DNA from: Octopus sinensis
Lineage: Eukaryota
Direction: 5' to 3'
Assembly (NCBI RefSeq): GCF_006345805.1
Contig: NW_021825194.1
Span: forward strand, 248,001 to 312,000
DNA: 64,000 nucleotides
Position numbers and translations under genes: made by a program. The notes beneath the pieces were generated by a model. That model made no database searches and was not told the origin of the DNA. It worked only from the letters and a program-made list of their open reading frames with translations. This document shows positions 25,950 through 38,287 of this stretch, in pieces; position 1 is the stretch's first letter; each line of letters starts with the position of its first letter.

Positions 25950-26470
25950 TTTAGTACCGGTTTCAATCATTGAGACTTTTTCAACTCCAAGTATGGAAAG
26001 CAAATTTTTCAAAAATTAAATGAAAATTTTTTTAAAGAATATTTGCGTAGTATTTAAATACAAGAGGCATTTTCCTTGTTTCTGCCTTTTTTTTTTTTAC
26101 TGAAAGTGACCTGTTGCGGATGATAGTAGAGATTGAATTTTTTAGATATCTCTTTTGAATGTGTTGTTTTTAATATTTGCATTGGTGTTATTCTAAGCAG
26201 CAATAGTCGTAAAGTTAGGAAGGAGATGGCGGAGAGGAAGAAAAAACGAAGAAGGGGGAGAAGAAGAGAAAGAATAATAATAAAAAATGCGAGAGTGGTA
26301 TGATAGTAGTAGGATGTTAAGTGATCAAGTGACCTAAAAATGGATCGCTGTAGATTATAATAGTGATTGAGACTGTTTTTAATGAATTCATGGGTATTTC
26401 TTTTGAATGTATCATTTTTAATATTTGCGTGTGTGTTATTGTCCTGGTGGATATGTCATTTGTTGTAGAT
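25950..26470 (-). mobile_element. probable solo PLE pLTR/3'UTR with HHR relic
   Basis: Minus strand ...gttgaaaaagtctcaatgatt GAAAC CG GTA ct at about 25955-26000; internal repeat of about 36 bp at 26145 and 26390. Confidence 0.4.
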
Positions 26471-26499
26471 GCGTTCAAAAGGGGTGTGTATTTTGTGAG

Positions 26500-26567
<68 letters not shown>

Positions 26568-26639
26568 TGTGTGTGTATTGTGTATGCATGTGTGTATATA
26601 TATATATATGTATGTGTGTATGCGTGTGTGTGTGTGCAT

Positions 26640-26790
26640 GCGTTTGACTCCCAACTGCTTGACGACTGGTGTCACTTTGCTTACGGTCCTATGATTTAGC
26701 ATTTCCGCAAAAGCGGCCGATGAAATCAGTATCAGACCAAAACCTGGTATAGCTGTTTCAGCATAACCGTAGTCTAATGACTGAAACAAT
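26640..26790 (+). mobile_element. 3' part of the same SINE family as 7468-7856
   Basis: gcttgac..ggtgt..ttacg.cc..a.ttagc..gcaaaag..ccgat..tgactgaaaca.ttaaaagataaaaga matches the reverse complement of 7470-7660. Confidence 0.65.
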
Positions 26791-26817
26791 TAAAAGATAA
26801 AAGATTAACAATGACTG

Positions 26818-27249
26818 AGTGTATTGTTGAAGATATTTCTAAGTTTACCTCTATAGATTTTCTATAGAAATTAGAACAAGCACTGAAAGTTACGATGTTT
26901 CGTATACGAATACGGTTACGTGAACAATGCAATCGAAGAGAGAAAATAGATAGATTAGGTAAACAAAAAGTAATATATACGCTAAACCTAGCGGGTACTT
27001 GATTAATATTTTCGAGGACAGGTAATTGCTTAAATGTGGTGCTGAAGAAGGGGCAAAATGTCCTGAAAAATGCGTATACACTTATTACCTATTTTATCTA
27101 TGTTTTAAATTTTTTTCTATCTATTTAACTTATTTTTCTCTCTGCGATCGTATTGTTTACATGTTTTCGAACTTCGTAACCTTCAGTGCTGGTTCTAAAT
27201 TCTATTGAAAATTTCTAGAGAAAAGCTTAGAACTGAAAACAACACACTG
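26818..27249. mobile_element. MITE-like fold-back element with long imperfect TIRs
   Basis: ttctaagtttacctctatagattttctatagaaattagaacaagcactgaaagttacga pairs with tcgtaaccttcagtgctggttctaaattctattgaaaatttctagagaaaagcttagaa; inner arms gaacaatgcaatcgaagagagaaaa and ttttctctctgcgatcgtattgttt. Confidence 0.65.
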
Positions 27250-29740
27250 CTAACACAAAAGTATTACACAGTATTAAAAACTTTAATATACCTGGTAGCA
27301 TATTATGTTTGCAAAGCAAAATGCAATGTCCCTACCAGCAATTAATATGTTGAAGGCATGCCTAATTAAAATATGCTCTGTTCTAAAATGGAGTGGTTCG
27401 GTGAGATGCATCCTGTTCTAAGACAACAATGATTGCATGAGATGCATCCTATTCTAAGACAAAATCTAAAATCAGGAATCTCGTGAAGTAGTGTGTAATT
27501 CATATTTATTGGATATTTCAGGATTGCGTCATTTTAGGCTAAACACAAGAGGTGAGTCTCACAATCAGAATGTACAAGTAGCTATCTCTGCTATTAGCTA
27601 TAGTATTGTTACCAGACATAAATTTAATGCTTATAGAATCATTTGGAAATTTTATCAGTAATACTGTGGCTATAGTGTTGTTTAGAGTTTCTTTTCATAA
27701 TAAATTGGTGAATCAATAATTATCACCATCACGACGGAAGTATTTATTAGTATTTATTGGAATGTTGGTCAAGTGATGTAAACCTTAAAGTGTCAATAGA
27801 TTCTGAAGAGAAATAATGTCAATAGGCCAGATTTGTTTCCACATAGGAGACTTTTATTGAATGTACAAGTCGTAAATCATAATCGTAGCTACGATATCTA
27901 CGATATGTTATTTGGCTGCATGTGTTGTTCGCCTTCATAAGCGGTCATCTATTTGGTGAAGGAACATTTCACCCCATTAACAACTACGTATATAATTGGC
28001 GAAAGAAACTTTAATCAGCACGGTACAACTATTGTCGATTCTTTGCAGCATAGAATTAGTTAATTTCTTTAACTATGGATTTAATTTTAATTAAACTCAT
28101 GAACAATTATTAAGTTTCATGAACTGATGCAACGGCTGATATGGTGACGGATGTTGAAATGTATTTTTAAAAATAATAACAAAAAAGATCAAACTGATTT
28201 AACTTGACGCAATAAATAAAAATTATTTTAAAAAACATAATAAAATAATAAAATACATCAGAAAAGAAACTATTATTAGTTTTGATGAACCCATCAAGTG
28301 ATAAGTGGAAACTAAACATGTTTTCTGTTAAATTTCTTATTAACAAGAAACTGTCTCAACTGTTCTATTTGAGTTGATTTGTCTTCTTAGATGTGCAAGA
28401 ATGATTGTGCTCAAAGTATAACTTTGAGTGGGAAAAGAAATTTCATTTTTGTGGAAATTGTATGTGAGATATAATAATAGAAAAATAATAGTGACGGATG
28501 AAGAAAAGAGATTACAGTGAGGAAAGCTGAAACCAATGATTTAGGTATCTAACTAGTATTGTTTTTATTGTTTTGCCAATTTAAAGTTTAGAATCCCCTG
28601 CAATTTCATTCACTCACATATTGACTCTTCTCAATACATACCGACCGATTATTGTTAGCTGCAAATGTTTTGGTACTATATAACTAGATGAAATGAAGAA
28701 ATATATTTAGAAATCTTCAATAAATGTTGAAATCTAATCCATAAACTTCAGTCTGTATAATGTCTCGCAGAAGAATAAAAACCAACGTTGATATGTAGTG
28801 ATTTATTAGCGAATCAGACCTTATTAGATGCTAAGTGTCCAAACTATGAGTTCAAATCCATCATGATTAACTCAAACTTTCTTTCTACTGGGATTAATGT
28901 AATAAGGAAAAACTGTCAAATAAATCATATACGAATATGCAGGCCGCCACCAAAGAGCCGCAACAGGAGCCACGTTGAGTAAAAAGTATCAGATTATATA
29001 TTATGACACTTGTAAGACGAATTCGTTAACATGGGACATACACCCGCGCTCAGGATACTTATTTTAATAATAAATAGTAGATTTCAGTTATACCACCCCT
29101 AAATATTACTTTATGAAGAAAAATATCTTAATACAGTATAGAATAAGGAAAATACTATTTATTGCCACAATTCAGGAGAGGCAAGTATGGAGTTGCAAAT
29201 ATGCTGCTCCAAGGGTATTGATGAAACAAAACGGCGGAGGTGATTGTTTTATCCTTTACACACACGCGTATGTATCTGTTTGTGTGAATGAGTTCTCGTG
29301 TAAGACACGTGAATCAGAAAATTATGTTTCTGCGTGGTCGTATTTTGTAGATACGGTTTAATACTACTGAAGCAGTATATATTAGGGTATAGTCATTATT
29401 CTAAAATAAATGCAGATAGTCATCGAAAGAAAGACAGGGAAAGGGCAGGGAAGTGAAAATGATACTGGAACTCCTTTATATACCAAGTCAAACGCCATCT
29501 TTCGAAGTTTGTATTCAGGTGGTAGAGAAAGCATACAAGATTCAGCTTCTTAGTCATTTTTTATAAGTCAAAGTACGCACACATCCTACTCATTAATGTG
29601 ACGATGTACATGTATTTTGGTTTCTAATGGAGATATATGAGAATGACCGCCCACGGTCATCATCGGGTGTTTGAATTTCCCTTGTTGGCTCTTACCGTTA
29701 TCTCTTCTAACAAGAGTCATTTGTTGATGCAGAACTTCTA

Positions 29741-29814
<74 letters not shown>

Positions 29815-29862
29815 TTGTGTGTGTGTGTGGTTGTGTGTGTGTGTGTGGTTGTGTGTGTGTGT
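29741..29862. repeat. (GT)n microsatellite
   Basis: Read directly. Confidence 0.97.
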
Positions 29863-30502
29863 TGTAAAGGACGAAGTGAAGAAGTGGAAAGATCAATTTC
29901 TAACCAAATTCCGTTGTTTGCCTTTCTTTCTTCCTTTTCTTTTTAACAAACTGAACATACTAGTGAATTACCTGGTAGTCCATATCTGTGAAGCACAACC
30001 ATACAGAAATGCATTTATGGATCTGAATATAGAATATATTAATTATTAAATAAATTTAGGTTTAATTGTCTAAGCATAACGCTTTAGAAAGGGAAGGTAT
30101 AAATGCTTTTACTTTTTGTTCTTTCATACGAAAATAAAATTGAAGTACACAATCAACGCCTGGCTTCTGTGAAAAGATAAAACAATGACAACGATAGATA
30201 TCTCCCGACAATCGTCGTGGATACCGGACCATTCGTTATTATATATCTACATTAGAATTCAAAATACATTTGACAGTAAGGACACAAGCAGATACTCTAA
30301 AAAAAGTGGGGACCGATACCAAGTAAAAGGATAAAAACAGTCAACTTTGCATACTATCTTTGTCAAAACAAATATTCTCCGGATTACCGTCTGTTTGATA
30401 CCCTGTACCCGTTGAAGAGCTTAATAAGGTGAACACCAAGGTTAACACTAGAATGAAACTATTGTATATTTGTGTGTGTATACATGTGTGTGTGTGCGTG
30501 TA

Positions 30503-31424
30503 TAGACGAAGGAATTAAACGTGCCAAAAATTAAGACATAAAAACACTAAGAACAACAAAACATAACACCACACATCATCTTAAAATTTATATCAACACA
30601 CAACCTCAGAAACAGTGAAGCATTCAACACTATTGTGTAATATCTTCCTTTACTAATTAGAGATCCAAAAATGAACGACATCCTGAAAACACACAAACTC
30701 AGCAAATGCAAAAAGCAACACAAATCGCTAAAGAGACTACTAACAAATGCGAAGCTTTACAAAAAAACCACGAATCCAACGGTTAAAAAATGTGGACGCC
30801 CAAACTGTGGACCCTGCCCCAACTTACAGTTCGGATTTCCTTTTCAAACAAGGACAGAGGTTCACAATTTAAACTAGTTTCACTTGTGCCTCTGAGAACC
30901 TAATTTATGTAATAACCTGCTCGGTTTGCGGACACAACTATTTTGGACAGACGAGTATGACCTTAAGAAGGAGAACCACTCCACATAAAGAGAAAATCCT
31001 TTTCCCGCAATACAGGCAAATTCCTCTCAGTGAACATATAGTAAACTGTGCAGAAAACATGAAACCAAATTTCACAGTCTTCCCCTTCTACCAGTGCAAA
31101 GAAACAATCTCTCCACAAGAACGTTTAAATAAAGAAAAATACAGAACACGTCCTAATATGCACACATAACCAACTTTTATCTTTTTACATATTTCAATTC
31201 ACGATTACATCACTGTACATAAATCCCCTTACTAAAGTTTTTTGAAACCTTTTTTGTGTGTACATATATATTCCCCTTCCCTTACCGAAAGCTGAACAGT
31301 TATCTCCCTTGCCCACAACAACAATAATAACGATAACCTCCCCTTATTTTTTTACTTGTTAAGTCATTCACCCGTAAATATCATCACACACAACATGGAC
31401 AAAAATTTCTTCTTAAGAAAATAC
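30503..31424 (+). mobile_element. 5'-truncated PLE (linker, GIY-YIG, 3'UTR), same family as 49063-51270
   Basis: [54 protein letters not shown]; DNA closely matches the reverse complement of 49063-49770. Confidence 0.9.
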
Positions 31425-32567
31425 ATATTCAAATAAGTAAACTATAAAATGAATAGCGAAAGCGAAACCGGTCGATATATTAAAAATTATATTGTGACTA
31501 TGTAAAGTGTGTGTCTATTTTCTTTTTTTAATTTCTTATATATATATATATACCGGAGTAAACACATAAATGTGAAAAAGGGTGGAAAAAAGAGTACTCA
31601 AATACCAGTGGTAGAGTAATATGCTTTATTTAGAGCAGCAGAAAATTCAACAAAACCTGTTACTCTGAGTTTAGCGAAACTCAGAGTAACAGGTATCTGC
31701 TATTAATTTATTTAAATCATTTATATCACCATATCACCAACATTTATTTTGATTGATGCGATGCATATGCTTCATCAGAAGTTTGAAAATAGATTGTAGC
31801 CTGAAAATAGTGAAGGATTAGAGATATAGGAAACATATGTGGGTGATATGGTGATATAAATGATTTAAATAACATCTTGAGCGTTTGTCACCATTTTCGA
31901 TTATTCTAGTTTTTCCACAATACGTCCCACTTCTCCTCGGAATTATATTCAAATAAGTAAACTATAAAATGAATAGCGAAAGCGAAACCGGTCGATATAT
32001 TAAAACTATGTAAAGTGTGTGTATTTTCCTTTTTTAATTTCTTATATATATATATATATACCGGAGTAAACACATAAATGTGAAAAAGGGTGGAAAAAAG
32101 AGTACTCAAATACCAGTGGTAGAGTAATATGCTTTATTTAGAGCAGCAGAAAATTCAACAAAACCTGTTACTCTGAGTTTAGCGAAACTCAGAGTAACAG
32201 GTATCTGCTATTAATTTATTTAAATCATTTATATCACCATATCACCAACATTTATTTTGATTGATGCGATGCATATGCTTCATCAGAAGTTTGAAAATAG
32301 ATTGTAGCCTGAAAATAGTGAAGGATTAGAGATATAGGAAACATATGTGGGTGATATGGTGATATAAATGATTTAAATAACATCTTGAGCGTTTGTCACC
32401 ATTTTCGATTATTCTAGTTTTTCCACAATACGTCCCACTTCTCCTCGGAATTATATTCAAATAAGTAAACCATAATATGAATAGCGAAAGCGAAAGCGGT
32501 CGATATATTAAAACTATGTAAAGTGTGTGTATTTTCCTTTTTTAATTTCTTATATATATATATATAT
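31425..32567. repeat. tandem array, 2.2 units of about 510-520 bp, with internal hairpins and HHR half-motifs
   Basis: Unit starts at 31426, 31946 and 32454. Confidence 0.95.
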
Positions 32568-32760
32568 CACCGTTGGCGATTTTTTTCCTCTGTCTTCCCT
32601 TCTCTGGATCTTTCCTTCTCCTATGTTTCCGACGAAGAGCTCCGCTCGAAACGTTAAACCCTCCTTCTTTTCTTCTTTCTTGAGCGTCCAATAATACTAT
32701 ATTTGTTCCACGTCCTTGCGTTGTTGTGTTTTTTTGTGCTTTCTTGTTTGGATTAACTTT
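32568..32760 (+). mobile_element. short (about 190 bp) HHR-containing element flanked by (AT)n
   Basis: gttt CCGACGA agagc tcc gctc GAAAC GT T aaac at 32626-32659. Confidence 0.6.
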
Positions 32761-34149
32761 ATATATATATATGCTTGGTTGTGCGTATGTGTGCAATATT
32801 TGGTGTCAGTAAATGTGCAGATCTGCATGTTTTGTTTCTGCATGTATACTCATACATATTGCGTATCTTGACATCTGCATACGTATTTATATGCTAAACG
32901 TTTGGAGTGCTTTATATATTTTGACAGTTCTATTCTCGGCTTCTATCTGTAATCTGCTAATCAACTTTCTCCTTTCTGGTTTTGAGAATTCTGATTTCTT
33001 AAGAATGGTGCCGAGGCAGTTTGTTACTTATTCTAGTTTCCACATAATTTCGAGTTTAAATCTAGGTGGTGTTGCTGTAAATTCTTACAGTAGTTAAGTT
33101 CAATACTGATTTCCTCTACTGTACATAGTTTTTCTTAACTGTCCCAATTACTGTGTCTGGCCTGTGTTAGGTTTGCGTTTTATTCAGATTTTCACAAGGT
33201 CATTTCACCAATACTCATTCATTTTATGTGTTGTTGTGGTCTCTATCACACTGTGGGTGCTTATATTTAAGGCATCACTATTTTTCCGACAGATCTCATT
33301 GTACAGTATCTAGGCCAAAACATCATGTCTCATCGATAGACAATAGAGTTAGTTATTTTAGGGTTGAGATGGTCGCGATTGGTCACTGATGGGACAAAAG
33401 GAAGTGAAGTCAGCTTAGTTGTAGCTGAGGTTAATAGTAGCGGTATTGGTGTTATCAAGGAATTGTGATTGGAGAGGTCAAGTCGAAAAAATTCTAAATA
33501 CAGGAAAATTCTTGAAATCACTATCATAAAAAGTGAGGAGAAGGTAGAGGAGAAGGAAAAGAGTTGCGACGGCAGTGGTTTTGATAAACTATTAAAGGGT
33601 GAAATGCACAGTGTAGAGATTTCATAATAGCAAAGAGAGAAAGAGAGAAGATAATAAGCAATAAAGAAAGCCAAAATAATGATGGGACATTGAAACAGGG
33701 TGGTGAAAGGAAGAAAAAGAGAGTGTATAGAAGAAATAAGGGAGTCGGAAATGAGAAAACATGAAGAAATACATATTTAGATACATATTTGTCATACTTT
33801 ATGCTTTATTTATACCTGGATTGTGCATGTGTGTGATTTTTCTTTTAGTTACCAAGCTGTTTGTTGAAGCTATTACACTAACAAAAGATTTCAGGAATAA
33901 AACAGTTTGCTAGTAAATTTGAAGTGATTCAATAGATAATTTTATTTTTCGTTATCTTACATTCGAAATTGATTAAATGGTTTTGTTTGAAACGGTTTGA
34001 TGTTGTCTCATAATTTTGTACAACTGTCTTTGGGTCATTTTTATCTTCATTGAAGCAAATTTTGTATCATACGTAAGAAGCCTTGTCACTGTTTTGGAAT
34101 ACGAGATTCTAAAGAATTAGCTTACAAGCTTATAGCAAAACATTATGCT

Positions 34150-34490
34150 GTAATACAGCAAATGTGTGCGCGACAGGAATCTAAAGATCGTTTTTTAGTC
34201 CATGTTTCCAGCTTAAAGACAATCAATAAGAGACATTCAACATCTTTAGCAGATTTTGTATGGCAACTGAAAGAGGATAAAACGAAGTACAGCATAAATT
34301 GGTCCATAGTAAGGTATGAAAAACCATACAATATAATTTCCTGGAGATGCCGTCTCTGCTCCGAGGAATTCCTGTCTATTCTGTGGACTAACGAGAAGAT
34401 AATTAATAGAATTTCTGAACGGCTATCGAGATGCCCACACGCATATAAATGTACTTTCACACAATGCAGTGAGAATGAATTAAAGTAACC
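34150..34490 (+). mobile_element. PLE (Naiad-like) GIY-YIG C-terminal fragment
   Basis: KDRF.VH..RHSTSLADFVWQLKE..YSINWSIV..CRLCSEE..IINR..LSRCPH. Confidence 0.8.
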
Positions 34491-35026
34491 GTTAACTTAA
34501 TTTAATTTCATTTACCTTAAAGTATGGATGACTTAAGTTTACTTATAACCTCCCCATTCTTATAAACACCAAGTAAATAACTAACTCGCTTTGTGATCAT
34601 GAGTACACCAAACCTCGCGTGTGCGTATGCTCACATTTTTGCCGATGCTTGTATGAGCATGTGTACTCGCACCATGCAGCTTGACCGAGAGCGTTTATAC
34701 ATCCATATCTGTTAACGGTCATTTTCAATACTTTTTTCGCTGGATTACGTGTTCGTTTCTCTTTTTGTCATCTGCAATTTTTTATTCTATATAAATTAAG
34801 ATATTTCCTCCATCTGACTGTCTTTCTCTCTACAAAACGGAAAATTACATTATGGAGCAGTCATTTTAACGAGTTGCATTTATTTATTTATCACCCGACG
34901 AGATACACCTTCACCACTGGATGCTCCTGAACTAGTTGTTGAGTGTCCCACGCAAGCGGAATTGATGCTAGATGTGTCGTGATTAATAATAAATTTTCGT
35001 ATATTCCATTTTCTGTCTTTCATTTG

Positions 35027-35029
<3 letters not shown>

Positions 35030-35100
<71 letters not shown>
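35030..35100. repeat. (AT)n microsatellite
   Basis: Read directly. Confidence 0.97.
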
Positions 35101-35265
35101 GAGGGCATTATACATACATATACATGTATAATGCCCTCTATATATAAATTAATATGTTCAATAAGAAATAATTATTTTCGAAATTTTTTCTCTTATGAGG
35201 TTTTTACGCTATCTACCTGACAATTTCTTGTTAAGTTTTCCTTATTAAGTAGTTGTCCTTAATTG

Positions 35266-35314
<49 letters not shown>

Positions 35315-36291
35315 TTTAGAGATAGTAGGCCCTTTCATCTCACCATATAAAAAAATTTTAATTTTAAATACCTACTACTTTATAACTTAGCTACACGTGT
35401 TTCATGAGCTACATTTCCCGGTTCCTAAACCACTCCGTGGTTTACTGGAACCATTCTTAAAATATAACACCAATCATCAGGCCCCTATATCACTTTCTCA
35501 TAGTTCAATACTATAAACTATATTTCAATTTTTTTAAACCCATAAATATGTGTAAAATAGATTCGCCGGACCCTTCAATACAAGCCATAATTTAATTCAA
35601 ATAAAAATTCAAATAAGAAATAAGAAATAAAAAATTAGAATAAAAATTACAAAAATAAAATGAGAAATAAAAATGCGAAAAAATTCGAAAAGTAAAAAAA
35701 TTACAAAAACTATGTTCTTATGTAACTTATATCTATAAATATAAAATTAGTAATATATAGGGTTAAAAATAAAATATATACTTGTGATAATTTAAAATGA
35801 TATAAAATGCAAGGTATGGCAAGAAAATATATATACGAATAAAAATGGAGGCAATGACGAATAAAGATTTTCGAATAAAAGCTATAGTACTAATTACGAA
35901 CTGCAAAATTTACAAATGATACGAATAATAACTTTTAAAAATTTACAAAATAAAATAAAATAAAAATAACTTGATGGTAACATATAGGAAAATATACAAG
36001 TCACCGATGGCTCCATTATCCTACAACGTCTTAATTATGGTTTGACATTGCAAAGTCCAGCGAAGTACTCACACACCTCCTTCTTGCTTCTTTAAACTAT
36101 TATTCCTCCCCACATATACATAATATATCGCTGTTGTTATTATCATTATCACTGTTATTTACTTAAAATCTGCATCTTTGATGCAATGACCTGCCGAGAC
36201 ACACCCAGCACCCTAAGGCAAGTGAAGATTAAGAGATATTGAAATATAAATGAATACTTGGCTAGGGTAAGTGGCGAGGGCAGCAGAGAAA

Positions 36292-36600
36292 TCTATATAT
36301 ATAAAACTGAGAATGTGTGTGTGTCTGACAGTCTATATGTTTGTATGTGTGCATCACTAAAAGTCGAGAACTACCCAACCGATTTCATTCAAACTTTTTA
36401 CGTGCCTTACTTCGGGTCGTGCACTGTAATGGGCACCAAAACTTTTCAACTTCTTGCCTACTGCGAGCCCGAAGCAATCTCTTATCGCGTACACTATTTC
36501 AGTATTACGTGTCAAAAGTGAAACAATAACATCTCTATTGTAATGTGAGATAATACTTCCAGGTTTAATAGTTTCACTATTAATAGTGAAAGTATTATCC
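36292..36600 (+). mobile_element. Helitron 5' end (non-autonomous or truncated)
   Basis: A|TCTATATATATAAAACTGAGAATGTG start; about 300 bp homologous to 44519-44800. Confidence 0.75.
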
Positions 36601-36627
36601 GTCTTACATATATACATGCATATACAC

Positions 36628-36724
<97 letters not shown>

Positions 36725-36725
<1 letters not shown>

Positions 36726-37669
36726 TATGTGATGATGAATTGCCGCCCATAAGAGAAGTATTTGAAATGTGGAATCAGAATTTGCAAGATTGATATGGTC
36801 CAAGTTCATGCATGACAATTGATGAACAATTAGTTTCATTCAGAGGACGCTGCCCATCCCGAATATATCTTCCCTAAAAACCAGGGGAATAGGGAATTAA
36901 AATTTGGGCAATGTGTGACAGTGAAACATCTAGTGCCTGGAAAATGCAAATCTACACTGGGAGACAAATCAAGGTTCAAGAGTTTTTGAAGACCTAGTAA
37001 AAGAACTTGAAATTACTGGTCGCAATATAACTTGTGATAATTTTTTAAAAGTCTAGGATTGGCTCGAAAGCTGCTTAGCAAGAAAACTACTTTAGTTGGA
37101 ACAATTAGAGAGAATAGAGTTGAACTTCCAAGTGCTTTCACAAATGGAAAAGAAAGAGAAATCAACAGCACAATATTTGAATTTCAAAAGGTTTCTATGA
37201 TCCTATCTCATTGTCCCAAGAAAAATTATGCTACCACACTTATGAGTACAATGCACTCTCAATCTTCAATTGATTCAAAAAGTGCTGAAAGGAAACCTGA
37301 AGTTATTACATGTTGCAACAAAACAAAAGGAGGAGTAGATGTCCTAGATAAGATGGTAAGGATATACACTTGCAAATGAATGACTCGAAGATGACCTATG
37401 GTTATATTCTATAACATGATTGATAAGTGCAGTTAATGCTTTCATTGTTGCTAAACAGCTTCACTTGCAAAGTTTCAAGGATAAAAAAAGACAGTACCTA
37501 ATTCAGTTAGAAAGGAACTTGCTGGAGTTAATGCTAAACAAGAACATGATAAACAATCTCCTAGTTCCGCTAACATTTCTCAACCAAACAAAGAAAGAAG
37601 ACGATCTTCAACCTCATTTGAGATTCCTTAGCCAAACGAAAAAGGAAGATGCTCTTTCTGTGGCTTCAA
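36725..37669 (+). mobile_element. piggyBac-like transposase relic (PGBD4-like)
   Basis: PIREVFE, TIDEQLVSFRGRCP..KP..GIKIW.MCDS, GRNITCDNF, LVGTIRENR, MSTMH, NKTKGGVDVLDKM, RCSFC cysteine-rich start. Confidence 0.88.
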
Positions 37670-37820
37670 AAATGAGGTTGAAGATCGTCTTCTTTCTTTG
37701 TTTGGTTGAGAAATGTTAGCGGAACTAGGAGATTGTTTATCATGTTCTTGTTTAGCATTAACTCCAGCAAGTTCCTTTCTAACTGAATTAGGTACTGTCT
37801 TTTTTTATCCTTGAAACTTT
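37469..37820. repeat. perfect inverted duplication, 151-bp arms with 50-bp spacer
   Basis: 37469-37619 equals the reverse complement of 37670-37820. Confidence 0.95.
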
Positions 37821-37828
37821 CCAGTGTG

Positions 37829-38010
37829 TTGGCAGAAGTAACCGCACTAGACAAAATGCTTAGTACCATTTTGTAGCTCTTTACGTTTAAACGCTGCCGA
37901 GTTCGACAAACCCTTTCATAGTTTGGGGGTCGATAAAATAAGTACCAGTTGAACACTTAGGTCTATTAACTCCTTCCCACAAAATTTCAGGCCTTATGCC
38001 TATATTAAAA
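37829..38010 (+). mobile_element. tRNA-derived SINE, second family, diverged copy
   Basis: tggcagaa..aaatgcttag..tttacg..gggggtcgataaaataagtaccagttga..ggccttatgcc. Confidence 0.75.
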
Positions 38011-38099
38011 AGGATTATTTCAGAATTATAATTTTTGTGTTGTGTGGAATTATTTATTAATGCAAAGGTGAATTCCATGGAAGTAATGTTTTTTCTACT

Positions 38100-38287
38100 C
38101 TAGGCACAAGGCCCGAAAATTTGGGGGAGGAGGCCAATTGATTAGATCGATCACAGTACGCAACTGGTACTTAATTTATCGACCCCGAAAGAATGAAAGG
38201 CAAAGTCGACATCGGTGGAATTTGAACTCAGAACGTAAAGACAGACGAAATTCCACTAAGCATTTCACCCGGCATGCTAACGTTTCT
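38100..38287 (-). mobile_element. tRNA-derived SINE, second family, body; head at 43572-43588
   Basis: Minus strand agaaacgttagcatgccgggtgaaatgcttag..gagttcaaattcc (B-box)..ggggtcgataaattaagtaccagttg. Confidence 0.85.

Noticed and set aside
27398-27465. Duplicated 24-mer gagatgcatcct.ttctaagacaa with a short spacer, superficially CRISPR-like
   Set aside because: Only two copies, eukaryotic context and no cas genes; a local duplication.
29176-29214. Second possible 39-nt phase-1 exon (EASMELQICCSK)
   Set aside because: Weak polypyrimidine tract and weak donor; expected by chance.
29641-29670. Minus-strand CCGATGA plus 6-bp hairpin resembling an HHR 5' half
   Set aside because: No GAAA or cleavage triplet follows.
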